Assembly: GCA_963674705.1 (NCBI GenBank)
Contig: OY771506.1
Span: 3,584,001-3,648,000, forward strand
Direction: 5' to 3'
DNA: 64,000 nucleotides
From: Phycisphaeraceae bacterium
Lineage (GTDB): Bacteria > Planctomycetota > Phycisphaerae > Phycisphaerales > Phycisphaeraceae
Position numbers and translations under genes: made by a program. Of the stretch, positions 20,840 to 30,648 are shown piece by piece (within the stretch, counting starts at the first letter, position 1; each line of letters opens with the position of its first letter). A model generated the notes under the pieces. The model saw only the letters and a list, made by a program, of their open reading frames with translations. It was not told the origin of the DNA and searched no databases.

Positions 20840-21073
20840 TATCCGAAATCTAACGGGATTGCCCGATGTCGCTTGCGTTCCCAAATTTACCTGCTAGAGT
20901 GCAGGCGTTATCGGAGTAGAACTCAGTAACATAGCTGCTCCGGCATCGGATGACTAGGTAAGGGGCAGGTCGCAAGAGCGGCAGGCCCGTTGACAAGTAA
21001 GCCGATGTGGTTCACTACCTTAGGGTGTGGAACCACATCGGCTTTTTTTTGTTGATTTCCTTGGCCGCTCAGG
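20840..21073 (+). promoter_or_regulatory. Duplicated promoter + structured leader module, copy 2
   Basis: TTGCGT-N16-TAGAGT at 20873-20900; same core and terminator stem as 1573-1803. Confidence 0.75.
20999..21050 (+). terminator. Intrinsic terminator (copy 2)
   Basis: Same 15-bp stem as 1730-1775, followed by a T run. Confidence 0.85.
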
Positions 21074-21117
21074 GGTAGCGGGGACTGGGTTCGAACCAGC
21101 GGCCGCCGGGTATGAGC
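21074..21117 (-). pseudogene. Degenerate 3' half of an initiator tRNA-Met (possible att remnant)
   Basis: Reverse strand GCTCATACCCGGCGGCC GCTGG TTCGAAC CCAGT CCCCGCT ACC: CAT anticodon, T-arm, fMet-like acceptor strand; no 5' half. Confidence 0.65.
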
Positions 21118-21225
21118 GATTATCTAGAGGAAAGCCTAATGAAGACCCTGTCAGACTTGAATGATAAGACAATTGCAGATCTCTGAAATGTCGATTGGTT
21201 TTACCCACAGAAAAGGAAAACGACA

Positions 21226-21777
21226 ATGATTCATAAACTACTTGCGTGCCTCCTGACAACAACGCTGGCTGTTCCCGTATTCGCCCAGACCCAGCGCAAC
21301 AACACGACGGTCAACAATTGGGGACCGGAGGCGGGCGATTGGGAGTTCTCACTAGGCGGCGGGGGCACCAACGACAAGAACTTCGATAACGGCGGGTTTA
21401 ATGTGGATGCGGAACTGGGTAAGTACCTCACCGATGATTTCGCGGTCGCCGTGCGCCAGTCATGGAACTATACCGAAGTGAGCGGAGATTCCGTGTGGTC
21501 AGCCACCAGCCGCGTTGCGATTGATTACTACATCCCGCTGTTCGACGACCACCTGCGCCCCTTCATCGGGGCCAACCTCGGCTACGTTTACGGTGAAAAC
21601 GTCGATGACACTTGGGCCGCCGGTCCCGAAGCAGGTGTCAAGTGGTACGTGAAGGATGAGACCTTCATCTACGGCCGGGCCGAGTACCAGTTTCTTTTCG
21701 AGGACGGAGACGACGCGAGCGATAACTTCGACGACGGCATCTGGCTGTACACCGTCGGTATCGGCTTCAACTTCTGA
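21226..21777 (+). CDS. Small outer-membrane beta-barrel protein
   Basis: Signal peptide, alternating beta strands, RPFIG motif, C-terminal GIGFNF. Confidence 0.85.
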   Translation: MIHKLLACLLTTTLAVPVFAQTQRNNTTVNNWGPEAGDWEFSLGGGGTNDKNFDNGGFNVDAELGKYLTDDFAVAVRQSWNYTEVSGDSVWSATSRVAIDYYIPLFDDHLRPFIGANLGYVYGENVDDTWAAGPEAGVKWYVKDETFIYGRAEYQFLFEDGDDASDNFDDGIWLYTVGIGFNF

Positions 21778-22139
21778 GTAGCCCCAGCGCGGGGTAGAGC
21801 AAATGACGGTCGAAGGTCCCATGCAATGCTTAACGACCAATTAAAGGCCCAAAGATGCTCCGCCCCGCATATGTTTACATTCACATGACCGGCAACCAAG
21901 TTCGTTCCAGATCCATGAGCAAGCCCATCTGATTATTCCGGGGGCAGGTGACGAACGCCGCTTGTACTATGCTAAGGGCTTGCTATGGATTTTTTATTCC
22001 ATCCATAAATCGCGACGTGATGCGGCCACGAATGCCTGATCTGCATGTTGTGTTTTGTAACCCGCAACGGCGCAGCGTGCTACGGAAATATATTTTTAAT
22101 CCAACGTCAGTTACCCGACAAATCGGCCCACCTCCGAGA

Positions 22140-22315
22140 ATGGTCCGCGTCAGTTCGGATACACGTCGCCTGAGGTGCCTTCCAGGTAAACATTGCCACT
22201 ACAGCCGGGTCGCCGTGACCGGGACCTGCGATATAAAACATATCGATGTCATACTTCTTGAAGGCCGCGGCGCTGGGAAACGTGATGCGGCTGAGTCGGG
22301 TTGTGCCCATACGCC
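22140..22315 (-). pseudogene. Phosphoketolase fragment
   Basis: GTT...KKYDIDMFYIAGPGHG.PAVV, then after a frameshift NVYLEGT. Confidence 0.75.
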
Positions 22316-22415
22316 CCTGTTGGATTAGGCAAGAACCTGCTTCAGCGCGGCATGGTGTGACTCACGGCCTGACCCCGCCCCGGGCTCATTCGTACGCCGA
22401 TCGGGGACGGCTGCT

Positions 22416-25400
22416 ATGATGATCTATGGAGCGGGTCACCCGCTGTGGCGGTTTCGCAGCGCGAAAGGGAATAGGTGTATCACGGACAAATCATTTCCCA
22501 TTGTGGGGATTGGCGCATCAGCCGGCGGGCTGGATGCGATGACCGCACTCTTTGACGCGGGGCCTTCGCTTGCGGGCATGGCGTTCATCATCGTGCAGCA
22601 CCTGGACCCGAAGGGCGATAGCCATCTCGTTGATCTGCTCTCGCGACATACATCGCTGAAGGTACGGTCGGCGGAGGACGGGCTGACGATCAAGCCGAAC
22701 CATGTGTACGTATGCATTCCCAATCGCGACCTGGTCGTGAAGGACGGCTATCTACGACTGCTAGAAACCGATGCGGAACGCAGTCAGCGCCGGCCGATCG
22801 ATCGACTGTATGACTCGATGGCGTCGGCGTACGGCGACCACGCGATTGCGATGATTCTGTCGGGCACGGCGTCGGATGGGTCTCGCGGCATCTCAGCGAT
22901 CAAGTCCGCAGGCGGTATGGTAATGGTACAGGATCCGGAGACGGCAGAGTACGACGGCATGCCGCGTAATGCGATCAGCACCGCGCTGGTGGATCTGGTG
23001 CTGCCGATCGAGCAGATGCCGGAGGTGTTGCAACGGCTGGCGGCGCATCCGAGTGATGATAGCCTTGCGGTCGATGACAAGGAGCACGGTGGCGGGGAAT
23101 CGGATGGTATGCGCGCGTCATTGCACAGCATCCTGAGCGTGCTGCACGATCAGTTTGATTACGACTTTGCGGATTACAAGCAGCCAACGCTGCTGCGGCG
23201 CACGCAGCGGCGGATGAGCCTGCGGAACGTCGATGACATCGATGCGTATACGAAACTGGTGCGCGAGGATGAGAAGGAAGCCGCATCGCTGTATCGCGAT
23301 CTGATGATCAACGTGTCGAGTTTCTTCCGCGATCCGAAGGCGTGGGAGGAACTGGAGAAGCAGGTCATCGAACCGCTGGTGGCCCGACGCGAGAGCGGCG
23401 ATGAGATTCGGGTCTGGTCGGCAGGATGCGCGACAGGTGAGGAAGCGTACACGATCGGCATGGTGCTGCTGGAGAAGATTGAACTGTCGGGCAAGCGCAT
23501 CAGGCCGCAGATCTTCGCGACGGATGTCTCGGACAGTCTCGACGTCGCGCGGGTGGGGGTGTATCCGGAGACGATCGAAGCGCAGCTCTCGCAGGAGCGG
23601 CTGGCGAAGTTTTTCATCAAGCGCGAATCGACGTATGAAGTGAAGAAGCACCTGCGCGACCTGATTGTCTTTGCGCGGCATAACGTGATCAGCGATCCGC
23701 CGTTCTCGCGGATGGACATGATCATCTGCCGCAACCTGCTGATTTACATCGAGCCGGACACGCAGCGGAAGATTCTGGGGATGTTCAACTTCGCGCTGCG
23801 CGACGGCGGGTCGCTTTTCCTGGGCAGCGCGGAGACGATCGGCATGTGGGGGGAACTGTTCGAGCCGATCTCGGCACCCTGCCGCATCTTCCGATCGCGG
23901 CGGGTTGTTCATGCAGGACGGTTTGATTTTCCGAGGTTCTCGGTGACGGATCAGCGGCGCGGGGCGCTGGGCCAGACGAGGAGTCACCGGCCGTTGCGTG
24001 ATGAGTATCTGACGATGGCGCATCGCGCGCTGCTGGACCGGTACGCCCCGCCTTCGGTGGTGATCGACGCGGACCATCAGGTGCTGGTGTACCACGGCGA
24101 TACATCACGGTATCTGGGGCAGCCTGGCGGTGAGCCGACGCGCGATCTGCTGGCGCTTGTTTCGCCGGGCCTGAGGCCGCCGCTGCGTCATGCGATCCAC
24201 GATGCGGGCAGTGAGCGGCGATCGGCGACGACCGTGAATGCGTCCATCAAGGATGGCGAGTCACGCCGGCCGGTGAGGCTGACCGTCAGCCCGATCGGTC
24301 AGCCGCGCGATGAATCGCCGCTGTTGCTGGTGAGCTTTGAAGAGCCGGCGGAAACGGCGGATGGCGTTGCGCGTGAATCAGAGGACAGCGACAGTCGCGG
24401 CCAGACGGGCCAGACGGTCGATCAACTTGAAGAGGAATTACGCCTGACGCGGCAGGACCTGCGCGATGTCTCGGAGCAGTATGACCGGCTGGTCGAGGAG
24501 TACAGCACGTCCAACGAAGAGATGCTCTCGATCAACGAGGAACTGCAATCCGCGAACGAAGAACTGGAAACGTCGAAGGAAGAGTTGCAGTCATTGAATG
24601 AGGAACTCAACACGCTCAACAATGAACTACGCAGCAAGATTGAAGTGGTCGAGCAGACGAACAACGATTTGAACAATCTTCTGGTCAGCACCGAGGTGGC
24701 GACGCTGTTCCTCGACACATCCTACCGCATTCGCTGGTTCACCCCGGCGATCAAGGACGTGTTGCGGCTCATACCATCGGATGTTGGCCGGCCTATCAGC
24801 GATCTTGCGTCGATAGTGACGGGTTCGGACCTTGAACTGGCAGCGAAGGCGGTGCTGAAGACCCTTGTCCCGGATGAAACCGAAGTCAATAGCGAACAGG
24901 AACAGTCGTATATTCGGCGTGTACTTCCCTATCGCACGACGGACAACCGCATCGACGGTATCGTGGTGACATTCGTTGACATCACCGAGCACAAGAGGGG
25001 CGAGCGGCAGCGCGAGCGGCTGATGCATGAGTTGAGTCACCGCATCAAGAACACGCTGGCCACGGTGCAGGCGATCGTGCAAGGTGTGGGTCGACAGTGC
25101 AAGACTCTGCCGGAGTTCCTTGCCGCGTTCGAGCCGCGTCTGGCTGCGTTGGCCCGCGCGCATTCGCTCCTGACATCGCCCGGCGATGATCGCATTGAAC
25201 TAAGGCACGTACTCAAGCGGGAACTCACGCCGTATATCGATGACGATTCCGACCGCGTCATCATCGAGGGCGATGACATCGCGCTCAATCGTGAGCCAGC
25301 CATCGCGCTGGAACTGGTATTCCACGAAATGGTCACCAATGCCGTCAAGTATGGTTCCCTGTCCAACGAGACGGGGACCATCACCATTCGCTGGAATCGC

Positions 25401-25664
25401 ACGAAGAACGAGAGCGGCGAGCATGCACACATCGAGTGGGTCGAGTCGGGAGGCCCACCGATTGAATCCAAAGGCAATTCCGGCTTCGGCTCGCTGTTGA
25501 TCGAGAGCAGCATCGCCCACGATCTTGCGGGCACGATACACATGCAATTCAAGCCGGACGGGCTGCACTGCATGATATACTTTCCCCTCACGAAAGGGCA
25601 GGACAATGGCACCCACGAGAAGGTCGACAAAGTCGACACGGGCAGCGCTGCGGGAATCGAGTGA
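22416..25664 (+). CDS. CheB methylesterase-CheR methyltransferase-PAS-HWE histidine kinase fusion
   Basis: GIGASAGG, VQHL, WSAGCATGEEAY, CRNLLIY, NEEL coiled coil, ELSHRIKN, HEMVTNAVKYG, W.ESGG. Confidence 0.92.
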   Translation: MMIYGAGHPLWRFRSAKGNRCITDKSFPIVGIGASAGGLDAMTALFDAGPSLAGMAFIIVQHLDPKGDSHLVDLLSRHTSLKVRSAEDGLTIKPNHVYVCIPNRDLVVKDGYLRLLETDAERSQRRPIDRLYDSMASAYGDHAIAMILSGTASDGSRGISAIKSAGGMVMVQDPETAEYDGMPRNAISTALVDLVLPIEQMPEVLQRLAAHPSDDSLAVDDKEHGGGESDGMRASLHSILSVLHDQFDYDFADYKQPTLLRRTQRRMSLRNVDDIDAYTKLVREDEKEAASLYRDLMINVSSFFRDPKAWEELEKQVIEPLVARRESGDEIRVWSAGCATGEEAYTIGMVLLEKIELSGKRIRPQIFATDVSDSLDVARVGVYPETIEAQLSQERLAKFFIKRESTYEVKKHLRDLIVFARHNVISDPPFSRMDMIICRNLLIYIEPDTQRKILGMFNFALRDGGSLFLGSAETIGMWGELFEPISAPCRIFRSRRVVHAGRFDFPRFSVTDQRRGALGQTRSHRPLRDEYLTMAHRALLDRYAPPSVVIDADHQVLVYHGDTSRYLGQPGGEPTRDLLALVSPGLRPPLRHAIHDAGSERRSATTVNASIKDGESRRPVRLTVSPIGQPRDESPLLLVSFEEPAETADGVARESEDSDSRGQTGQTVDQLEEELRLTRQDLRDVSEQYDRLVEEYSTSNEEMLSINEELQSANEELETSKEELQSLNEELNTLNNELRSKIEVVEQTNNDLNNLLVSTEVATLFLDTSYRIRWFTPAIKDVLRLIPSDVGRPISDLASIVTGSDLELAAKAVLKTLVPDETEVNSEQEQSYIRRVLPYRTTDNRIDGIVVTFVDITEHKRGERQRERLMHELSHRIKNTLATVQAIVQGVGRQCKTLPEFLAAFEPRLAALARAHSLLTSPGDDRIELRHVLKRELTPYIDDDSDRVIIEGDDIALNREPAIALELVFHEMVTNAVKYGSLSNETGTITIRWNRTKNESGEHAHIEWVESGGPPIESKGNSGFGSLLIESSIAHDLAGTIHMQFKPDGLHCMIYFPLTKGQDNGTHEKVDKVDTGSAAGIE

Positions 25665-26487
25665 AACTGAATGCGATCGGTTGCTTGCCGGCCTGAGCAT
25701 TCTGATTGTCGAAGATATCGGCATGGTCGCCAGCGCCCTGAAAACCATGCTCGAAGAGCTTGGCTGCACCGTCGTCGGTATCGCGTCGCGTGTTGCCGAG
25801 GCGGAGAGGTTAGCGCGTCATGAACAGATCAACGGTGTGCTGCTCGATCTGAACCTCGGCGGAGAGTATTCGTTCGCCGTCACCGATATCCTGCATGAAC
25901 GAAACATCCCATTCATCATCATGTCCGGCTACGATGTGGAGCACCTGTGTCCGAAACTCGCCGATGAACCGCAGATGCCAAAGCCCTTCGACCGCGAGCC
26001 CCTGGAGGAGATGCTTCTGACGGTGTTCTGTGGTCAGAACCGTCGTAAAAAGCGCGCTGACGCCGGGTCGGCAAGTACGATCGGGCCGCACAAACCCCCG
26101 ATGAAGACGCGGGGCGAGCTCGAAAGCGCTATCTGCCTCGGCATGACACGCTTCGAGCAGGAGTACATGGGCCGCGGTCCGGCAGATGTGCAGGCACATC
26201 TCCTCAATGATTTTCTCATCATCCGCATGAAGTGCTTGATGACCGTCGCCGAGCAGCGCCTCGTGGAAAACTCGTCGCCGGAGAAGGGCCGCGATCTAGT
26301 CAAGAAACTGCGGACGCAGATGATGGAAGGTGCCCGCAAGCAGATCGACTCGATGATCCAGATCATCACCGGCGTGAGGGTACGATCACTGCATCACGAC
26401 ATCAGCACTCGCACGGGTGAGAAAGTCGTGATCTTCAGCCTCAGCGAAGAACCGACCTACCGGGAAACGAATCTGAGAGACCGCTAG
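25606..26487 (+). CDS. Receiver domain fused to a DUF2294 (MpsC-like) domain
   Basis: LIVED...LLDLNL...SGY...KP receiver; C-terminal KTRGELE...EYMGRGP...SLHHDISTRTGE. Confidence 0.8.
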   Translation: MAPTRRSTKSTRAALRESSETECDRLLAGLSILIVEDIGMVASALKTMLEELGCTVVGIASRVAEAERLARHEQINGVLLDLNLGGEYSFAVTDILHERNIPFIIMSGYDVEHLCPKLADEPQMPKPFDREPLEEMLLTVFCGQNRRKKRADAGSASTIGPHKPPMKTRGELESAICLGMTRFEQEYMGRGPADVQAHLLNDFLIIRMKCLMTVAEQRLVENSSPEKGRDLVKKLRTQMMEGARKQIDSMIQIITGVRVRSLHHDISTRTGEKVVIFSLSEEPTYRETNLRDR

Positions 26488-26599
26488 AGCATCCCCAATC
26501 CAATCGTAGCGCCTGTTGGGCACCCGTTAGGTTGCGCTCTTGAGTGTGTGGTTGTAACTTGGTTTCCGCATGAATCTCTTCGGTAATGCCGCTGCTCTT

Positions 26600-26960
26600 C
26601 AGATTATCGACAACGTCGCCATCGTCTTGGGACACGGCCGAACGCGGCACCTCGGCAAATCCGTATGCGGTGTCCGCGGTGGCCCGCAGCTACGACGGCC
26701 TTAACCGGATGACACGTGAGAGCCAGAGCATCCGCGAGGGCACCACCCGGAATGTGGATTACGCCTACGACAAGTCGGCCAACGTGCTGACGCTGACGTA
26801 CCCGGGCGGCACGGTGATCGCGACCAGCTATGACGCGCTGCACCGCGGGGATGTGGTGAAGAAGGATGCCAGCCAGATCGCCGACTACGACTACGTCGGC
26901 CCCCGGAATACGTCGTTAGTTCTGGAGGCGGGGCCAACGACGTGACGCTGAGCCTGGCCT
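26600..26960 (+). pseudogene. RHS/YD-repeat protein fragment
   Basis: SYDGLNR, YAYDKSAN, LTYPGG, SYDALHR repeats; truncated at both ends. Confidence 0.75.
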
Positions 26961-27027
26961 ACGCCGCCAGCCCACACGCGATGTCCTGGTGCATTACGCG
27001 ATGTAACGTCAAGGGTCATGCCGATGC

Positions 27028-27642
27028 TCAATCCGAGACGCCAACACAGACCGACCAACTCTCAGCCCACTCCTTACGCAGTTGAGACAACCGGGCCGGG
27101 CTGATCCTGAAACGCTTCGCGACTCGCTTCGCCATCTCACCGGCCGCAAGCGACTCGATCATCTGCCTATCTCTGGCCTTTAACGAAGCCAGCCAACGCC
27201 CGCCATCAACACGGAGTGCTACTTGTTCTGGGATGGGTGTCTCCCGGTCTGCGACCGCTTCGTGCAGCCAGCCGGAATCGTGTGTGTCATCAGCAGATTC
27301 AGCATCCAGACTCTGCACGCCACATCCATGCCGTCGACGACCCAGGTCTGACATGACGTCACGGCCGGCTTGCGAGTTGCCTACACGCCGACCTGCAACC
27401 ACGTGCTTCACAGCGTTGCGTGCGAAACCAATGGTGCCGATCAGTTTGAGTCGGCCACGCCGCTTCATGGAGAGGTATGCCTGGAAGCCGGCGGCGATCG
27501 CTTCAGCCACGGCGTCTTCACGCTGTTCAGGGCGCAGATAGGCGAAGCGTCTTCGGGCGAGGTATGAGACGCGGGGCATTACGGCTAGGAAAGGCTGGTG
27601 TTCGTCGGTTGAAGGAGAAATATTTGTTGTGATTGTGGTCAT
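27028..27642 (-). CDS. Hypothetical sigma-factor-like protein with C-terminal HTH
   Basis: Region-2-like EQREDAVAEA; region-4-like SLKARDRQMIE...VAKRFRISPARLSQLR; AAGGAG RBS before ATG 27642. Confidence 0.7.
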   Translation of the reverse strand: MTTITTNISPSTDEHQPFLAVMPRVSYLARRRFAYLRPEQREDAVAEAIAAGFQAYLSMKRRGRLKLIGTIGFARNAVKHVVAGRRVGNSQAGRDVMSDLGRRRHGCGVQSLDAESADDTHDSGWLHEAVADRETPIPEQVALRVDGGRWLASLKARDRQMIESLAAGEMAKRVAKRFRISPARLSQLRKEWAESWSVCVGVSD

Positions 27643-27909
27643 GGGGACGCTCCTTAAAGAGACCGTCCCCATGCCGGAGACGGTCGTTGAAACGACCGCC
27701 CCGGTACGTGCGGGGCGTGCACAAGATTGATGATGTGGTTTAGTCGGCGGTGACTTGCCGCCAGTGTTCAGGTGTAGGTGAATAAAAAGATTCGCCTTGG
27801 CCCACGATGGTCCAAAGCGGGGCTTGGGTTGATGGGTGAGGGCTAAAGAGTCCTCATGGGATAGTGACGAGTTCGGGCCTTTAATTCAGCAGACGCTGCA
27901 GGGGGCATT

Positions 27910-28248
27910 ATGGTCGACCAGCCGGATGCACAATCCACTCAACGCCGAGCGTGGCGCAAGCGAATCCTTGCGTTTTTATTGGTGCTGGTTTCGTTTGCGA
28001 TGATCATATTCCTGATACCCTCAACCACGCACTACTCCAACTCGGGCGATCGATGCAGCCGCTGTTATGCCAGCTACTCGCACTACACACTCGACGTTCT
28101 GGGCGTCCGGGTGATCGACCGGTACCGGACCGACTGCAAAGGCACGCCCGAATTGAGAACCGCACAGGCTCGTTGCAGCCAACCGGCTTACACTCGCCAT
28201 GTTTATCTCCGGGGCGGCATCTCATCTTTATATTCGAGAAAACCTTAA
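27910..28248 (+). CDS. Small membrane-anchored Cys-containing hypothetical protein
   Basis: Single hydrophobic segment, CxxC; 112 aa. Confidence 0.45.
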   Translation: MVDQPDAQSTQRRAWRKRILAFLLVLVSFAMIIFLIPSTTHYSNSGDRCSRCYASYSHYTLDVLGVRVIDRYRTDCKGTPELRTAQARCSQPAYTRHVYLRGGISSLYSRKP

Positions 28249-28289
28249 CGAATTACAGGCTGAGTTTCTGATCGCAAATATTCTTAAAG

Positions 28290-28448
28290 TCACAAGAACC
28301 GTGTTGCCTGCAATCTCAACCTCAGAACCAAACCAGTCGAAAGCGGCGGCGTCAGCGCGGAGGCATCGAACTCGGCCTCTGTCGTGCTGCCGGCGGTGGG
28401 GATGATGAATAGACAAGTGATAGTGCATGAGCGAGATCTAAGCATGTT
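28290..28448 (-). pseudogene. Fragment of a secreted FG-GAP repeat protein
   Basis: ADAAAFDWFGSEVEIAGNTVLV resembles an FG-GAP repeat; signal-like N-terminus lies in another frame. Confidence 0.45.
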
Positions 28449-28477
28449 TTCCGGTTCATTTATGAAGAGGCGCGACA

Positions 28478-29638
28478 TCATTCCCGCCCGATTTTCAGGA
28501 CTGACTCAGATGCACCGGGTGGCTTAGTCCAATCCATTATCTGGACTTCGTCAAAATGATATGGCTTGAGGCGAGACGGCTCGCTGGATAGCCGGGCGAG
28601 GATGGCCTTCTCGAATTCTCGAGCCTGTGTGCTGTCGAACTCAACGTAGTTCATGTCCGGATCGACGGCAACAAAGCGAGCATGCGCGTCGCCAACCTTG
28701 ACAAGCATAAAGGTGAAGGGGTTGAATCGTTCCGCGCTATCGTCCGAGCCGATACACAAAAAAAGGCCTTTTCGCAGCCGATCATAGGAAGAATGGCTTA
28801 GAGTCAACGGCGCTGACCGCCCCGGCTCTTTGCCATCTAGAACCGCGTTCGCGAATTGAGCGGCTTCGAGTATGCCTTTTCTTGATACCGTCTGAAAGGG
28901 ATCCGCTCCATCTTGCTCCAGAAGTCCACAGACTAGAAAGAGCAGGGCGACGCTCCGTCGTGTGTTCATTGCAGGCCGCTGTGTCCCACCCGGTTCATTG
29001 CTGTAGATTGACAGCTTTGAGGCCTTATGGCTAATGGCTTCAAACAGATACGCCAGCACCCTGGAATTGGTTGCCGTGTATGGACCGGACGGTGGAATGT
29101 CGAAGATCAACTCTGTGCCCTCATCCATATGGTCCAACAGACTGAGCGCAAGATCGAGGGCGTCACCAGTAGTCGATTTGCTGGCCTGAGGTGTGTGTTG
29201 TTTCCGTGGCCGGACACGTCGCGCAATGTTGAAGTCGAACAGATCTTTCCCACTATACGACAATTCTGTCGGTGCCTCTGTTTGTACGCATAATTCCTTC
29301 GCGACAAGTGGCAGCACATCACGCGGCCAACTATTTGACGCGAACCACACGCGGGCCGTATTGGGGTTGATGTTGTTTGCTTCAGCCCAGCTATTTGGGC
29401 TTCGTCCTTCGGCCTGCAGGACCGCTCTTAATACTTCCGAAAGCTTCACACGCTCCCCGGTCTCCTCATAATGCTTTTGGTATGCCACCAAAAACCGTAT
29501 TCGGTCTTGGATCCTCTCCCCCTCGGCCTCGACCTGTTCACGAGTCATGCCAAAAGCGGTTAGGTCATGGTGGTCCTGATCAACCGCCTCTCCCCGGTCT
29601 ATTGCTTCTAAGTCAGTTTTTTTCTTAGGATTAGCCAC
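28478..29638 (-). CDS. Hypothetical protein with an N-terminal XRE/Cro-like HTH
   Basis: LSEVLRAVLQAEGRSPNSWAEANNINPNTARVWF...VLPLVAKEL; divergent from the 30008 operon. Confidence 0.65.
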   Translation of the reverse strand: MANPKKKTDLEAIDRGEAVDQDHHDLTAFGMTREQVEAEGERIQDRIRFLVAYQKHYEETGERVKLSEVLRAVLQAEGRSPNSWAEANNINPNTARVWFASNSWPRDVLPLVAKELCVQTEAPTELSYSGKDLFDFNIARRVRPRKQHTPQASKSTTGDALDLALSLLDHMDEGTELIFDIPPSGPYTATNSRVLAYLFEAISHKASKLSIYSNEPGGTQRPAMNTRRSVALLFLVCGLLEQDGADPFQTVSRKGILEAAQFANAVLDGKEPGRSAPLTLSHSSYDRLRKGLFLCIGSDDSAERFNPFTFMLVKVGDAHARFVAVDPDMNYVEFDSTQAREFEKAILARLSSEPSRLKPYHFDEVQIMDWTKPPGASESVLKIGRE

Positions 29639-29734
29639 GGTTTGTCACCTGGTAATATCCACTCGGTGCACCCAACATATACATCGGCGAAACGGCCCAT
29701 AAACTCATAATTCGCTAATTTTAAGCTAATTCTC

Positions 29735-29810
29735 TTGACATAGCCAGAAACGTCCGGTAATTTAGTCACCAGATGTTTAAAGAGGTTTAAAGATGTTAAA
29801 AAGGTGATTA
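29735..29810 (+). promoter_or_regulatory. Sigma70-like promoter followed by three tandem 10-bp repeats
   Basis: TTGACA-N17-TAATTT; AGATGTTTAA AGAGGTTTAA AGATGTTAAA at 29771-29800. Confidence 0.55.
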
Positions 29811-30007
29811 GCATGTTCGTCCATGATCGCAGATTGTGCCGGGTCCATTCAATGGATGAGTACGCGCTGCCCGGTTTCTTCTGTGAGGCCGCCACTCCCA
29901 GGCCGCGACCATTGTCAACGGCCCGAATAAATACCCTTGATCGTCTGATTAACCCCCCGATTTAACGCGGGGCCATTTATTTACTTTTCACAAAAGAGCA
30001 ATTCACT

Positions 30008-30646
30008 ATGGCAAAGCAAACGAGCAAAGCAGGGATGGTAGACGGGCTGACAAAGTCAATAATGCCAGCGGTCGACGGGTACCTGAACGAGACGCCCAGC
30101 ACGGGTAAACGGGAAAAAGAGATTAAGCAGGCTCTCGAGGTGGTGGCCGAGGAATTCTCCAAATATAAGCAATTGGGCAGGCTGGCCGACGAGGCGATCG
30201 ACAAAGAATTACCGTCGCACGCGGCTTATAAGAAAGTAAGGCGCCGGGAGATTGCCGAGGCGTTAGTCGATGCGGCCAATTCGCTCAAGCTGCCGGTGCA
30301 GATCAAGTCCGCGGGCAAGACCGCTAAGAAAAAGAATGTCAGCAAGAAAGCCAAACCCGTCAAAGCTGCCAAGACTGCTAAGGCTACTAAGAAAGCCAAG
30401 CCCACCAAGAAAACAAGCGGTAATCGCAGCCGGATTACTCGCGAGCTCATGGCCCAACGCTGTGAGGCGGTGCTCAAGGTGCTGCCCCCTAAGGAAAGTG
30501 GCGACGTCATAGCGAAGGGTGACATCGCCGGACTAACCGACCTCGACGCAGAGGCGGTTCACAACGTGCTAACCAACCTCGCAAAGCAAGGTAAAGCGGA
30601 GAACAATAAAAAACGTGGCGTTAATGCCGGTTGGCGGAGGGTGTAA
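30008..30646 (+). CDS. Basic DNA-binding-like protein: helical N-terminus, Lys/Ala H1-like linker, C-terminal winged HTH
   Basis: KKAKPVKAAKTAKATKKAKPTKK linker; IAGLTDLDAEAVHNVLTNLAKQGKAE...GW. Confidence 0.75.
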   Translation: MAKQTSKAGMVDGLTKSIMPAVDGYLNETPSTGKREKEIKQALEVVAEEFSKYKQLGRLADEAIDKELPSHAAYKKVRRREIAEALVDAANSLKLPVQIKSAGKTAKKKNVSKKAKPVKAAKTAKATKKAKPTKKTSGNRSRITRELMAQRCEAVLKVLPPKESGDVIAKGDIAGLTDLDAEAVHNVLTNLAKQGKAENNKKRGVNAGWRRV

Positions 30647-30648
30647 GC

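Noticed and set aside
21074..21117. Functional tRNA-Met gene
   Set aside because: No D-arm or 5' acceptor strand; kept only as a fragment
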